A stretch of DNA of 49,158 bases, from IMG/VR virus record IMGVR_UViG_3300020388_000003, positions 1-49,158 of that record. One strand, given 5' to 3'. This DNA comes from a virus. Taxonomy: Duplodnaviria; Caudoviricetes. Every line of letters begins with the position of its first letter. Position 1 is the stretch's first letter. The notes under the pieces are model-generated. The model saw nothing but the letters and a program-made list of their open reading frames with translations, did no database searches and was not told the DNA's origin. Made by a program: the position numbers and the translations under genes. This document shows positions 47,545 to 49,158 of this stretch, piece after piece.

Positions 47545-48411
47545 TATCAACTAGGCGCTGTGCCCTGTCGATGGGATTAAATATACGCTCATTAGGATTA
47601 TATGCAAGTAGTTTTTAATAAAAATATTAAATTAATTTACATGTTATTGTTTTTATTAAAGATTTATTTGATTAGGCATATACACATAGTACACACCTAT
47701 TAGGCATACATTTATATGTATACACACACGTAGCAATAAGCATGCCAATTTGCTAAATGTCGTGTGTCAATATATTGGCGAATTGAGTTCTCTTTTCATT
47801 TGATACAACCTACAGGTAAACACTAAAAACGTCTTAGAATCGCATACAGGACGTTCTAGCATAATACAGTGGTTTATACAGTGGTTGTATAACATAGTAG
47901 ATGCCCCTAGTAGTGTATGTGTATACAGTGTTATACATAGCAGTACACATAGATACCCCAGTCGTAGACGTTTAGTTACAATCTATTCCAATGGAATCAA
48001 CACTTTAGGACAATATACAAGTGGTCATAGCCGTCAGGGTGCATTACCCCCACATAGTCGGTACAACAAGTTGCACCTGTCTGGTACAATTCATGCATGT
48101 TATGCATACATCATGCCAGTTGTTAAGCTACAGGGGGTAAGGGGGGTTAGGGGGCTTGCATCGCTGATGCATTACACCTAAAAATTTTCTAATGGAAATT
48201 ACACTAAATGGGAGTTTACATAGGGAGGGCCTTCTAAAGGGATTGACATAGTATAGGGCCCTGTCCCTACGGGACGTTTATCTTCTTGTTAAGAGAAGAA
48301 GAGAACGCATTAAGGAAAATAAAGAGATAAAGACAGGTGTGCCCTAGGTAGCTTGTTCAAGGATTTGTATAAGGAAGGGATATTAACACAATATGATTAT
48401 AAGAGAGATGT

Positions 48412-49158
48412 ATGTCTGATATTGAATTAGATGCTATAAGAAGTGGATACAACCTTAGTAAGATTAATTCCAACTTCGAGAAGGTTGGGGATGTTATTAA
48501 CGATGATGTTCTTCATAGGTCTGGTGGTAACAACACTATGTCCCAAGAGTTGGATATGGACAGTAATAAGATTATCAACACACCAAGACCTGTTGAGTCT
48601 AACGAGGTTGCTAATAAGAAGTATGTTGATGATACCTTATCTGGTGTAGAGTTTAGTGAGGCTGCTGTTGTTCAGGTGACAGGCCCTGCAATAGACAAGG
48701 TAATGAGCCAAAGGGCTGTTAGTGAATTGTTTGAGCTTAGGATGTTTCAGTCACCAACAGACGGAGGACTTACTAGAATACAAACCAGTGCGGTCGTAGG
48801 TGGTAAGGTGTATGAAGTTCGTAATACCTCTGACGACTCCTTGGCCACTATCTACACTGACGAGTCTGGTAGCAGTGAAATCATACAAAACGGCACAGAC
48901 AATAAGTCAGCTAGTGATGGTTCTGTTGAGTTTTACATAGCAGACGGAGACTACTATGTAGAGATTGACTCCGTAGAGAGTGGGTTATTGGTTTCAAGAT
49001 TGAGGGCTTTTGACAGCGTCTCTGATGTATTGTCAGCTAGCTACCTGTCTAAATACGTAGAAGGAACGCGTATTGAATGGCAGGGTTACTATGCTCAATC
49101 GGACGGTGGTAGTAACTGGGGGTTACTGAGGTTTGGTGCCCACACTGCTGACGGCGGG
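48412..49158 (+). CDS. Tailspike/depolymerase, 5' part (continues at window start)
   Basis: Manual translation MSDIELDAIRSGYNLSKINSNF...ELDMDSNKIIN...ANKKYVDD (tail-fibre anchor); no stop up to the window end. Confidence 0.85.
   Translation, partial: MSDIELDAIRSGYNLSKINSNFEKVGDVINDDVLHRSGGNNTMSQELDMDSNKIINTPRPVESNEVANKKYVDDTLSGVEFSEAAVVQVTGPAIDKVMSQRAVSELFELRMFQSPTDGGLTRIQTSAVVGGKVYEVRNTSDDSLATIYTDESGSSEIIQNGTDNKSASDGSVEFYIADGDYYVEIDSVESGLLVSRLRAFDSVSDVLSASYLSKYVEGTRIEWQGYYAQSDGGSNWGLLRFGAHTADGG

Noticed and set aside
46750-48410. CRISPR array, or real genes at 46901..47164 and 47885..48181
   Set aside because: The repeats are short and irregular with no spacer periodicity; the ORFs lack an RBS and protein-like composition and overlap regulatory elements
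49082-49158. 77-bp end repeat as a biological direct terminal repeat
   Set aside because: It falls inside a continuous tailspike ORF and its length matches a common assembler k-mer, so it is a circularisation overlap
1-49158. Lysogeny module or diversity-generating retroelement
   Set aside because: No integrase, repressor, reverse transcriptase or TR/VR repeat pair was recognised

Overview
The window is an essentially complete lytic podophage genome of about 49,081 bp. Positions 49082-49158 repeat positions 1-77 exactly, which is an assembly circularisation overlap. The architecture resembles PaP3/LUZ24/RIO-1/phiEco32-type phages, and the host is probably a marine gammaproteobacterium (inference). 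The + strand arm (about 48412 through the join to 22336) carries tailspike, terminase, portal, two tRNA-Ser, scaffold, capsid, tail, internal virion proteins, lysis genes and two extra carbohydrate-active proteins. The - strand arm (about 47600 down to 22388) carries sigma70 early promoters, early genes, tRNA-Arg, a peptide/amide-ligase cluster (Ntn glutamine amidotransferase, two COOH-NH2 ligases, ATP-grasp, GNAT, gamma-glutamyl cyclotransferase) with an embedded RNA ligase, primase-helicase, a phage sigma factor, family A DNA polymerase, nucleases and nucleotide enzymes. The main observations are: (1) a fully resolvable group IA2 intron that splits the helicase Walker A motif; (2) a DNA polymerase split in two by an HNH-AP2 gene with no visible intron or intein; (3) a duplicated 130-bp non-coding module made of an ECF-like promoter, a C-GNA-G DNA hairpin and a CCTTAAGG palindrome; (4) a second three-copy regulatory motif with fixed spacing; (5) probable ATA/ATT start codons; (6) a small protein ending in an RNR-like CxGGAC tail. 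All family assignments come from motif recognition by eye, not from database searches.
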